Source: a virus
Lineage: Duplodnaviria; Caudoviricetes
DNA: 50,674 nucleotides
Virus record (IMG/VR): IMGVR_UViG_3300032305_001858
Location: 1 to 50,674 of that record
Reading direction: 5' to 3' (one strand)
Shown here: positions 26,269 to 34,280 of the stretch, in pieces
How positions within the stretch are numbered: the first letter of the stretch is position 1
Layout of the letters: each line of letters opens with the position of its first letter
The notes under the pieces: model-generated
Databases searched by the model: none
Seen by the model: the letters and a program-made list of their open reading frames with translations, nothing else
Told to the model about the DNA's origin: nothing
Translations under genes and position numbers: made by a program

Positions 26269-26695
26269 GACTCAGGCTGACCTGAGCAACGAGGAGGCGG
26301 TCCGCAGCTACGTGGCTCAGACGTTCTCTGCCGAGGTGCAGAAAGTGCCACTGAGCTACGGCGTGGACTCGATGGTCACGGTGGATGGCAGGCTCGTGGC
26401 GTGGCTGGAAATCAAGTGCCGTCCGGGGATGACATGGGGCCAGTACCCGGACGTGATGATCAGCGTCCTAAAGCTTCGAGCAGCAGCCGGTCTGAAGGCC
26501 TCGACCGGAACCGACACGTACTTCGTGGTGGCTGACTCTTGCGGAGTCATCAAGAGTGCGAACCTCTGCAAGACTTCGCCAGATTGGATCAGGTACGGCG
26601 GACGAACAGCCCAGACCAGAGACCCGGCAGACATCGAGCCGGTCTGCCACATTCCTCTCGATCAGTTCACGGAGGGCACGCCGTGGGATCGATAA
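26252..26695 (+). CDS. PD-(D/E)XK-like nuclease
   Basis: YET..DL.NE, Y.VD, WLEIKCR, R...RDP.DIEPV.HIP. Confidence 0.7.
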   Translation: MRTMYETQADLSNEEAVRSYVAQTFSAEVQKVPLSYGVDSMVTVDGRLVAWLEIKCRPGMTWGQYPDVMISVLKLRAAAGLKASTGTDTYFVVADSCGVIKSANLCKTSPDWIRYGGRTAQTRDPADIEPVCHIPLDQFTEGTPWDR

Positions 26696-26808
26696 CAACA
26701 CGTGAGACTTGGCCCCCAGAGCCGCCGGGAAAGCCTCCCAAAAACTGGGAGTGGAAGATCATCGACGGCGTCAAAAAACTTGTCCCAATCAAGAAAAAAA
26801 CTGCTTGA
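26683..26808 (+). CDS. Small hypothetical protein (41 aa)
   Basis: SD GGAGG, GTG start. Confidence 0.5.
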   Translation: MGSITTRETWPPEPPGKPPKNWEWKIIDGVKKLVPIKKKTA

Positions 26809-26832
26809 CGTTAGTACGGAAGTGATTACCTT

Positions 26833-27237
26833 ATGCGAGCGTTCACGACGACGGTTCGGCAGTTAAGCCTTATTGATGCTGACATCATCATCACGAGGCT
26901 CACGAAGCCGAGTTCGGAGTTTCAGGTCGAGGTCAAGGAAAAGACTTCGACGACTCCGGTGTCGATCGTGAGAACGGATCAGGAGCGAGTGGCGGCATGG
27001 ACGGCGACGCACTACTGGCGAGGAATGCAGACGCTAGAGGGATTCACCGACCCCCCGCACCGGCGTCGCGGTCTCGCACGAGCGGCAGCGAGTCTGCTCA
27101 TCGCCGACGGTCACATCAATCCACAGGAAACATTGGCAGTCTTCTCACCGCAGTGCGTGTCTATTGCGACTGCGTTGGGTTGTCGAGACGTTCGTCTTTA
27201 CGAGCGTCAGGGTAGCGATTGGATTCAGAACTCTTAA
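26833..27237 (+). CDS. GNAT-family acetyltransferase
   Basis: FTDPPHRRRGLAR acetyl-CoA-binding motif A. Confidence 0.8.
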   Translation: MRAFTTTVRQLSLIDADIIITRLTKPSSEFQVEVKEKTSTTPVSIVRTDQERVAAWTATHYWRGMQTLEGFTDPPHRRRGLARAAASLLIADGHINPQETLAVFSPQCVSIATALGCRDVRLYERQGSDWIQNS

Positions 27238-27252
27238 AGCCAAGGAGGGCTT

Positions 27253-27630
27253 ATGTTTGCCTTGTTTTTGCTGGCAGTGCTGGGCGGCGATTGCAACACG
27301 TTGACCGAGGCCGAGTCTCAGGTCATCGCGGAGACTAATCAGGCACGTGTTCAGGCCGGTCTGCCGGAACTCGTGATTGACTGTCGTCTCATGGGACGCG
27401 CTCGTCGTCACGCGAACCGAATGGCGAGCGAGGGCTTCTTCGCTCACTCGTCAGGTGCGACTGAGAACATCGCGATGGGTCAGCCTCACGCCTCTGCGGT
27501 TGTTCGCACGTGGCTGAACTCTCCGGGTCATCGTGCCAACATCTTGTCTAGGCACAACTCTCGCATCGGAGTCGCTGGCATTGTTGGCCGCGACGGAAAA
27601 ATTTACTGGGTGCAGCAGTTCGCACCTTGA
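27253..27630 (+). CDS. CAP/SCP-domain secreted protein
   Basis: Signal-like N-terminus; N..R...GL..L, HA..MA, F.HS, ENIA.G, W.NSPGHRANIL, YWVQ.F. Confidence 0.93.
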   Translation: MFALFLLAVLGGDCNTLTEAESQVIAETNQARVQAGLPELVIDCRLMGRARRHANRMASEGFFAHSSGATENIAMGQPHASAVVRTWLNSPGHRANILSRHNSRIGVAGIVGRDGKIYWVQQFAP

Positions 27631-27642
27631 CCGTCCCCTCCG

Positions 27643-27690
27643 GTGGTCCCGCCGCCGGTCTGTCGGGTAGGCAGGCTGGCGGTGGGCCAC
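27643..27690 (+). terminator. Long GC-rich intergenic hairpin
   Basis: GTGGTCCCGCCGCCGGTCTGTC / GGCAGGCTGGCGGTGGGCCAC with G-U pairs. Confidence 0.45.
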
Positions 27691-27736
27691 TCTTGGAAAG
27701 CACACATGATCTTTTCTTTTTTCTGGAGGCTGATTC

Positions 27737-28114
27737 GTGGAGCGGGAAACCAAGATCAAGTACATCAAAAATCGACTCGACCTGACGACGCGGGACGCGA
27801 CGGATATGTTCGAGTATCTCAAGTCGAATTGGGGGTCAGCGAAGGTGTCGGAGATGGCGACTCATCTCAAGCTATTGCCGACAACTGTCCGAAGCATTGC
27901 CCGAAAAATCGATCTCGGCCCAAGACCAGAAAGGGCATCGCATCTCGACCCAAGTCGAAAAGAGATCAGACGTCTCACGGCAGAAATTCGCAAGACGTGG
28001 AGTCCAGAGGAGAAAGCAAGAAGAGACCTTCGCGGAAGAAGCGAGGCGGGCCGGGGGCGACCGGCAGTTAGCATCGGGATCGAGGCACCTTCCTTTTCGA
28101 GGACATGGCTATGA
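27737..28114 (+). CDS. HTH (GcrA-like) protein
   Basis: W....VSEMATHL.L....VR..ARK..L.PR; DPS..EI....AEIR..WS.EE..RR. Confidence 0.65.
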   Translation: MERETKIKYIKNRLDLTTRDATDMFEYLKSNWGSAKVSEMATHLKLLPTTVRSIARKIDLGPRPERASHLDPSRKEIRRLTAEIRKTWSPEEKARRDLRGRSEAGRGRPAVSIGIEAPSFSRTWL

Positions 28115-28704
28115 CTGGCGTTGAATTCTGGCTCACCGAGCCTGTGATGAGCGGCATCGGACGACTAAAAAGCAAGTCTCTTGCTGTGGACGTCGGAGCG
28201 AACGTAGGAACTTGGGCTGTGCCATTGTGCCAGATGTTCGACGAGGTCGTGGCGTTCGAGCCTGACGAGCGAAACTACTCGCTGATTCCGACCATCGAGA
28301 ACCTGACGGTCGTCAAGGCTGCTGTGTCTGACGTCACTGGCGAGTGCCCCTTCTTTATCCGCTCGTCGTCAGGGCACAACTCGATCCTCGAAATGCACCC
28401 GATCGGCGGCGAGGGGATGGCTCCCGTGCCGGTTGTCGAAGAGAAGGCCGTCCAGTGCTTCTCTCTCGACGACGCCTGCGGGAACGGTGCAGACTTCGTC
28501 AAGATCGACATCGAGGGCGGCGAGGTTGTCGCTCTTCAGGGGATCGTTGACGTTCTGAAGTGGTCTCGAACTCTGTTCGTAGTCGAGTGCCACGACACGT
28601 TCTACGACGTCGAGCGTGAGCTTGCCCGCATCGGCAAGCGAGTGACTCGCATACCGCACCCTCTCGTGTCTCACCCCGGTCACTGTTGGGCAATTGGCGA
28701 ATGA
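28105..28704 (+). CDS. FkbM-family SAM methyltransferase
   Basis: VDVGANVG, V.AFEP, FVKIDIEGGE. Confidence 0.92.
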   Translation: MAMTGVEFWLTEPVMSGIGRLKSKSLAVDVGANVGTWAVPLCQMFDEVVAFEPDERNYSLIPTIENLTVVKAAVSDVTGECPFFIRSSSGHNSILEMHPIGGEGMAPVPVVEEKAVQCFSLDDACGNGADFVKIDIEGGEVVALQGIVDVLKWSRTLFVVECHDTFYDVERELARIGKRVTRIPHPLVSHPGHCWAIGE

Positions 28705-29366
28705 TCCTAGTCTCGCAGTCTTACACCCCACAGTCTGAGCATCGAAGGCAAGAGCTTCAGCGGGTAAGACTGCACAATGAGACGTCGGGGATGTTCGATC
28801 GCGTCGAGTATCTCGAAGCTGGCGACCGCACGATCTCGTTCAGCGAGCTTCACGAGCATTGCGTCTCGAAATACCGTGGCGAGTGGTGTGTGATCGCAAA
28901 CAGCGACATCACGTTCAACGCGACGGCGTACATGCTCAGGGGCTTGAAGAAGGCTGGCAGGCTCGTGGCTCTTACCCGATGGGAAAACCACTTCGGGCCA
29001 AGGTTTATAGGCCACCAGTATGACGACAAGTTCTTCAGCGGCTCGCAGGACTCGTGGGCTTTTCTTGCTGGCTCGCTGCCTGCCCTGACTATCGACATGC
29101 CGCTCGCTGTGGTCGGGTGCGATCAGGTAATAGCCGGTTGGGCGTGCCGTGAAAAGCTTGAGTTGATCAACCCTGCCCTGACGATCAAGACGACTCACGT
29201 CCACGAGTTGGACGACCGGCCAATCGACAGGCCGGGGTCATCTGGCCTATTTGGTTATCCGCACATGACGACGATGGCGACGAGCGGAGAAGTGCTGTTT
29301 CACGAATGGCCGCTTGCAGAAGGCGAGGTGGATTACAAATGGCAACTATATCGCTACGGGAAATAG
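28701..29366 (+). CDS. Glycosyltransferase-like protein
   Basis: R..EL, IANSDI.F, ALTRW, SQDSW.F, GCD..IA, NP...I.T.H.H. Confidence 0.65.
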   Translation: MILVSQSYTPQSEHRRQELQRVRLHNETSGMFDRVEYLEAGDRTISFSELHEHCVSKYRGEWCVIANSDITFNATAYMLRGLKKAGRLVALTRWENHFGPRFIGHQYDDKFFSGSQDSWAFLAGSLPALTIDMPLAVVGCDQVIAGWACREKLELINPALTIKTTHVHELDDRPIDRPGSSGLFGYPHMTTMATSGEVLFHEWPLAEGEVDYKWQLYRYGK

Positions 29367-30292
29367 AGCAGCATCACCCTGACCTGTTGCTGCCACCTGA
29401 CGAAGAGTTCGCGAACTACTACGGTGAGTTTGCTGACGTCGGTCTTGAGCAGGCCAAGTCTCTCAGGGTCGCATTCGTGGCGATCTGCCGCAATGCGATG
29501 CCGTTTCTGCCGTTCACAATGCAGTACGTGAAGGCTGCTGGTGAATGCTTCGAGGACTACAAGGTCTTTGTCTACGAGAACGACTCGACAGATGGCACGA
29601 AGGATTTTCTGTCTCAGTGGTCAGACGGCTCACGCACGTTCTGCTCGCTGCAAGACAACGGCAGGCCTCACCTGAACTCGACGAAGCACGAGTCGAGGAC
29701 GCTCGCTCTTGCCGAGTATCGCAACGCTTGCCGCAAGTGGGTGGACGGCGACTCGATGGACTTCGACTACGTGATCGTGTTCGACACTGACCCGTGGGGA
29801 GGCTTCAGTGTCGGCGGCATCTTGAACACGATCGGACGGATGGAGAGCGAAGATCATCTGTGGACGTCAGCGATGGCTTCCTACTCGTGGTGCGAGTTGG
29901 GTCCGCCGGTCTGGTCGAGGCCAACTCTGTGCCACTACGACGCTTGGGCCTGTCGATGGACCGGATGGAAAGAGCGTAAGGACATGCTCTGGTTCCACCT
30001 GTGGCACCCGCCCGTCGGTTCGCCGCCCGTGAAGATGAACAGTGCCTTCGGTCAGCTTGCCGTCTACAGGGAGAAGAGCTTCCTGATGGGCGTTTACTCC
30101 GGAGGAGACTGCGAACACGTGCCCTTCCATAAGTCTATGGGAGGCAATCTCTTTCTGAACCCTTCAATGCGATGTGTTTCTTTCTGGATTCCGGAGGGGG
30201 CAAGGATGCCCGATGGCTCGATCGACGACAGTAATTTGCACGGCGACGTTCACGGCGATGTGGATCGCGGGGACGCCGACCCGGATCATTAG
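29339..30292 (+). CDS. GT-A fold glycosyltransferase (CAP59-like)
   Basis: YENDSTDGT, R...LA.YRN, DYVIVFDTD, V...SAFG.LAVY, DCEHV. Confidence 0.8.
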   Translation: MATISLREIEQHHPDLLLPPDEEFANYYGEFADVGLEQAKSLRVAFVAICRNAMPFLPFTMQYVKAAGECFEDYKVFVYENDSTDGTKDFLSQWSDGSRTFCSLQDNGRPHLNSTKHESRTLALAEYRNACRKWVDGDSMDFDYVIVFDTDPWGGFSVGGILNTIGRMESEDHLWTSAMASYSWCELGPPVWSRPTLCHYDAWACRWTGWKERKDMLWFHLWHPPVGSPPVKMNSAFGQLAVYREKSFLMGVYSGGDCEHVPFHKSMGGNLFLNPSMRCVSFWIPEGARMPDGSIDDSNLHGDVHGDVDRGDADPDH

Positions 30293-30614
30293 CCAGACCC
30301 TGAAGATATCGGCTGACCGCTGCGACACGACTCGCAAACAGCTTGGCCTCGCACGCCGCGAGTCTTGGCACGGGTCGAAGACCGGCCACAGGAAGGCCTA
30401 TCTGCCTTCAGAGGAAGAGATCAGGCAGAAATGCCTCGAATTTCAGGCTGGTTGGACGGACGAAGAGCGGGAGCGGCGGCGGGTGGGCGGCGTGGTGAAG
30501 CACGTCCCCTACGAGGTTGCCGTCGTTCCAGAGAGTCTTTTCTGCGTTAGACCCAGCGACGACGAGTCTGGCCCTCAGACCTTTCTCGAAGGTCTCATCG
30601 ATACTTCAGGGTGA
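30213..30614 (+). CDS. HTH (GcrA-like) protein, paralog of 27737
   Basis: MW.AG.....I...L.I........LGL.RR; PSEEEI........WT.EE..RR; overlaps upstream gene by 80 nt. Confidence 0.65.
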   Translation: MARSTTVICTATFTAMWIAGTPTRIISQTLKISADRCDTTRKQLGLARRESWHGSKTGHRKAYLPSEEEIRQKCLEFQAGWTDEERERRRVGGVVKHVPYEVAVVPESLFCVRPSDDESGPQTFLEGLIDTSG

Positions 30615-30642
30615 TCGTCGGAGAGTGCTAGGCTGGAATCGT

Positions 30643-30864
30643 ATGGGTCAAATCCATGTGTACGCGAGGCTTTTTCTCGCCGCTTGCGACGACCGGGCAC
30701 GCGCTCAAGTCTTCGACGAAGCGATGGAGTGGCTCGAACACACGGCTGAGACGACGATCGAAAAAGGGCTAAAAACCCGCATTTTTGCGATTCTTTGCAC
30801 CCAAGAGGGTGCTGACTTTCTCCGCTGGGTGACCGGGAATGACGCTGAAAACGGCCACTCTTGA
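30643..30864 (+). CDS. Hypothetical protein
   Basis: ORF filling gap; start uncertain. Confidence 0.55.
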   Translation: MGQIHVYARLFLAACDDRARAQVFDEAMEWLEHTAETTIEKGLKTRIFAILCTQEGADFLRWVTGNDAENGHS

Positions 30865-31201
30865 GCAAGTTCTGTCCAAGATGCTGATCTCGGACAGGCT
30901 CTGGCTCAAGTCTATCTACGAATCAACGCGGGACGTCGTCAAGGCAGACGGTCTCGTCGATGATCCTACGATCGTCACTGTCGCGGACTGGGCGAAAGTG
31001 CATCGATCGATCAAGAAGTTCATCTGGACCGGAATGAAGCCGGTTTGCGAGTCGCTTTACCCGGAGATTGTCTCTGCCATCGATCGCAAGATCATTACGG
31101 CGATCCTCCCCTGCGATGGCGAGGTGACTCCTGAAGTCCGCCGGAGGCTCGTGTCGGTCCTCGATCGAGTCGCTTGGGCTGGTCTGGGAGGTGACGAGTA
31201 A
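30839..31201 (+). CDS. Hypothetical protein, weakly similar to 31835 product
   Basis: C-terminal G.VTPE.R...V..L..VA.A resembles GPVTPADR..WV.....IS.A. Confidence 0.7.
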   Translation: MTLKTATLEQVLSKMLISDRLWLKSIYESTRDVVKADGLVDDPTIVTVADWAKVHRSIKKFIWTGMKPVCESLYPEIVSAIDRKIITAILPCDGEVTPEVRRRLVSVLDRVAWAGLGGDE

Positions 31202-31572
31202 TGGTCGCAGACTCCGCCATCACTGCCGCGAACGACGCTCCGGGCCTGATCGAGAAGGTCAAGGCCTATGTTTCGCACGCCAAAACGCTCGCCAAGGACG
31301 GCATCAGTGTCGGAGACTTCGCGGAACTTGCGACGTCGCTCCTGAGACTTGTCGTTTCGGCACTTGACTCGATCCCCGCCGACGGCGAGCAGAAGAAAAT
31401 CTGGGCTGTAGCCGCTGTAGCAACGCTTTTTGACGCCGTCGCCGACAAGTGTGTGCCAATTTACTTCGTGCCTTTCTGGCTTGTTTCCCGTCCGACATTT
31501 CGAGCGATCGTTCTGCTCGCGGCAGGCGGCGTGGTCGAGTCTCTTATCCCGATCGTGAGGGCTTCCAAGTGA
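31201..31572 (+). CDS. Membrane-associated protein (holin candidate)
   Basis: SD GGAGGT; G.QKK..A motif; hydrophobic C-terminal half. Confidence 0.65.
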   Translation: MVADSAITAANDAPGLIEKVKAYVSHAKTLAKDGISVGDFAELATSLLRLVVSALDSIPADGEQKKIWAVAAVATLFDAVADKCVPIYFVPFWLVSRPTFRAIVLLAAGGVVESLIPIVRASK

Positions 31573-31838
31573 TTTTCCTGCTCATCATCGCCGTGGCTGT
31601 GGCTCTCCTCGTGTGGCCTGAGTCCACGAAGCCTGCTGCCGTCAAGCCAGTGCCTCTGCCGTCGATCGACGTGCCCGCGATCCCGCAGCCACCCAAGGCT
31701 CCGAGCTACCGCAGTGCGATCGAGAGCCTTGCCGCTGTCCGAAGCCGCCTGATCGCGACCGAGACGCTCGACGACAAGGCGAAGGCTGCGATCAATGAAC
31801 TTACCCTGTGTCTCGTGGCTGGGAGCGACAAGGAATGA
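31569..31838 (+). CDS. N-terminally anchored membrane protein
   Basis: IFLLIIAVAVALLVWP then Pro-rich linker and helices. Confidence 0.75.
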   Translation: MIFLLIIAVAVALLVWPESTKPAAVKPVPLPSIDVPAIPQPPKAPSYRSAIESLAAVRSRLIATETLDDKAKAAINELTLCLVAGSDKE

Positions 31839-32296
31839 CTCTGCTTCACCGTCAGATCGCAGCCGGGTGCCTCGTTGCACTCGCGTTGCTCTTGTGGGCT
31901 TTCTCCGGAGGCGTAGAAGACGTCGCTCCGGGGCCAGTGCCACCTAACGGCCTCGTCCTTCGAGGCCTGTTCATCGGCCCGGACGCCGGTTCCGACGCCC
32001 AGATGCTATCGGCTCTCACAGGAGAGATCGGCGAAATCATCGCCTACGATGGAACTCTTGCGAGTCCTCGACTGAAGACGGGAGTGGCGTTCGATGATCT
32101 CAGGATCGCTGCTCGCGAGGCTCGTCTACGTGGCGAGAGCCTCGGTGCCCGTCAGCCGAAGGTCAGGGAAGCGATTCACGCCTACCTCGACGAGACCGTC
32201 GGCGACAACGGCGGGCCTGTGACTCCTGCGGATCGAGCCAAGTGGGTCGCCGCGATGAAGGACATCTCAAGGGCTTGTGCTGATGCCGCGAAGTAA
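31835..32296 (+). CDS. N-terminally anchored exported protein
   Basis: TM helix, PGPVPP linker, helical domain. Confidence 0.75.
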   Translation: MTLLHRQIAAGCLVALALLLWAFSGGVEDVAPGPVPPNGLVLRGLFIGPDAGSDAQMLSALTGEIGEIIAYDGTLASPRLKTGVAFDDLRIAAREARLRGESLGARQPKVREAIHAYLDETVGDNGGPVTPADRAKWVAAMKDISRACADAAK

Positions 32297-33386
32297 GCTC
32301 ACCATCTCGGCTCTCGTCACAGTGATCGTCGTGTCGTTCATCGGCGCGCTCGTGCAACTGGCGACGTTCCGTCTGGCGAACCATCTGGAGAACAACTTCG
32401 GTTACCAGCCCAATCCGGCTGGCCTGAAGGAGTTCCTCGGTGAACTGAAAGAGCCGACGTTCGCTCAGGCCGGTGCAGACGCCGTGAAGAAGGCGAAGGG
32501 CAAGGACGTGTACCTCTATCGGTATGCTGATCAGGCTCACCGCAAGGTGTATGGAACGCCGTTCGAGGCTTGGAATCAAGGGCAGATGGGTTCTTGCGTC
32601 GCCTTCGGCTGGGGTGTGTCGTCATATATCGGACAAGCGACGGATCACGCGACCGGCGAGTTGCCGAATCCTCCGCTTGAATGCGACGTTAGCGCGATTT
32701 ATGGCGGAAGCAGAACGGCAGGCAGAATGCCTCCTGTTACTAACGCGGGATTTTCAGATGGAAGTTATGGTGCCGCCGCAGCCCGCTGGGTGTCTGGCAA
32801 GTGTAAGACTCCGGGCATCGGCGGAATCCTGTACAAGCAGAAGTACGGAAGCGTTGACCTCACCACATATTCAATTCCTCTAACTCGTCAGTGGGGTGCC
32901 TACGGCGTGCCCCTCGATCTCGCGAAGGAGGCCAACAAGCACACGGCTCGTGCGGTGGCTCAAGTCTCCACGTGGGAAGAGTTGTGTGCCGCACTGGAGT
33001 CGGGTTATTGCGTCCCAATCTGTTCCAACGTTGGCTTCGCTGCGACGAATGTCAGAGACGAGGACGGATTTTTACCAAGAGGCGGGCAGTGGTCGCATTG
33101 CATGACTCTGGTATCGATTCGTCACGCTGCCAACGCTCCCGAGAACGGAATGAAGCGTCCACGCGACGGTGCTTTATGCCTCAACTCTTGGGGCACCCGC
33201 TGGGTCTCAGGTGGGAAGCTCCCCTCCGATCAGCCTGACGGCAGCTTCTGGATCGAACGCAAAGACGTCGAGGCGATTCTCGCCCAAGGTGACTCTTTCG
33301 CGATCGGCGGCGTCAACGGATTCGCATATCGAGACTTGGATCATGGCGGATGGCTGCAACCGGGAGCAAATGATGAAAGTAAGTGA
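32283..33386 (+). CDS. Papain-like (C1) cysteine peptidase with N-terminal TM anchor
   Basis: NQGQMGSCVAF (Gln/Cys), WSHCM (His), LNSWG (Asn), GSFWI. Confidence 0.88.
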   Translation: MPRSKLTISALVTVIVVSFIGALVQLATFRLANHLENNFGYQPNPAGLKEFLGELKEPTFAQAGADAVKKAKGKDVYLYRYADQAHRKVYGTPFEAWNQGQMGSCVAFGWGVSSYIGQATDHATGELPNPPLECDVSAIYGGSRTAGRMPPVTNAGFSDGSYGAAAARWVSGKCKTPGIGGILYKQKYGSVDLTTYSIPLTRQWGAYGVPLDLAKEANKHTARAVAQVSTWEELCAALESGYCVPICSNVGFAATNVRDEDGFLPRGGQWSHCMTLVSIRHAANAPENGMKRPRDGALCLNSWGTRWVSGGKLPSDQPDGSFWIERKDVEAILAQGDSFAIGGVNGFAYRDLDHGGWLQPGANDESK

Positions 33387-33636
33387 CCGCAATATCGTGA
33401 TCGCTGGTCTCGCCTGCCTCGCGATCGGCTGGTGGCTCGCGTCGTCGCCAGCGTCTCCGATCAGGCCTGAGCCTTCTCGTCCAGATCGTCCAGTTCTCAA
33501 GTTCATCGCTCGTGTCGCGAAGGGTTTTCTCTGGGTGATGATGGTCGCAGAGCGACCGCCGCAAGAGGCCAACATCGTTCACGCTCGCATCGACGCCGAA
33601 GGACATCAAGTCTTGAACCACGGTCAGGGGTGGTGA
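33370..33636 (+). CDS. Small membrane protein
   Basis: TM IVIAGLACLAIGWWLA; RPVLKFIARVAK amphipathic helix. Confidence 0.75.
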   Translation: MMKVSDRNIVIAGLACLAIGWWLASSPASPIRPEPSRPDRPVLKFIARVAKGFLWVMMVAERPPQEANIVHARIDAEGHQVLNHGQGW

Positions 33637-33637
33637 C

Positions 33638-33796
33638 GTGAAGGAAAACATTTACAGCATCAATAACCAAGAGTTTCGCTTCCCGGTCCCGTGGTGGACT
33701 TACGTGGTTGCGTTGATCATCGCCCCGTTCTCGCTGTTTGTAGCTGCGGCGTGGTGTCTGGACGTTCAGCGGCAGCACGTGGAGGTGTCGAAATGA
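33638..33796 (+). CDS. Small membrane protein (52 aa)
   Basis: WWTYVVALIIAPFSLFVAAAWCL TM; stop overlaps next ATG. Confidence 0.55.
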   Translation: MKENIYSINNQEFRFPVPWWTYVVALIIAPFSLFVAAAWCLDVQRQHVEVSK

Positions 33797-33927
33797 CCGC
33801 ACTCTGGGCTTGGATCACCGCAGTTCTGACGTCTCTGTCTGCGGACCCGCACGCAATGGACGTCGAGGCTCCGAAAGCCGCTGCCGCTGTGACTGTCGCC
33901 TACGCCTCCTTTGCAGTGGAGAAGTGA
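33793..33927 (+). CDS. Small exported protein (44 aa)
   Basis: SD GGAGGT; MTALWAWITAVLTSLSADP. Confidence 0.6.
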   Translation: MTALWAWITAVLTSLSADPHAMDVEAPKAAAAVTVAYASFAVEK

Positions 33928-33928
33928 A

Positions 33929-34279
33929 TTGGCTGACTACGCCCTCCTGCCTCAAAACTTAAATCTGCAATTCATACGCGGGGACGAATTCTGGTTCACC
34001 GTCGATGCGGACATAAGCCTCGCGGGCTATACGTTCTCGTCGAGCATCTACAAGGTCACGAGCGTTGCTAACGGCGTGATCACTGGCACTCAGGAGGTGG
34101 CTCAGTTCACGATCACGCCGATCGATCTTGCTGCCGGGAGGCTCACCCTTTCTCTTCAAGAGAATCAGACTGCCGCTCTCAGCACTACTGACAGGCTTCG
34201 TTGGTACTTTCGCTGGGTTGGGCCGGGCGTCGTGACTCGAACCGTACTGTCTGGAACCCTGACGCCGGGAGACGCGTGA
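33929..34279 (+). CDS. Ig-like/BppU-N-like fibre adaptor protein
   Basis: L.F.RGD.F, L.GYT, G...L.L...QTA.L, T.LSG. Confidence 0.65.
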   Translation: MADYALLPQNLNLQFIRGDEFWFTVDADISLAGYTFSSSIYKVTSVANGVITGTQEVAQFTITPIDLAAGRLTLSLQENQTAALSTTDRLRWYFRWVGPGVVTRTVLSGTLTPGDA

Positions 34280-34280
34280 T

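Noticed and set aside
30213-30292. Asp/His-rich tail HGDVHGDVDRGDADPDH of the glycosyltransferase as a metal-binding domain
   Set aside because: Explained by the 80-nt overlap with the next gene's reading frame
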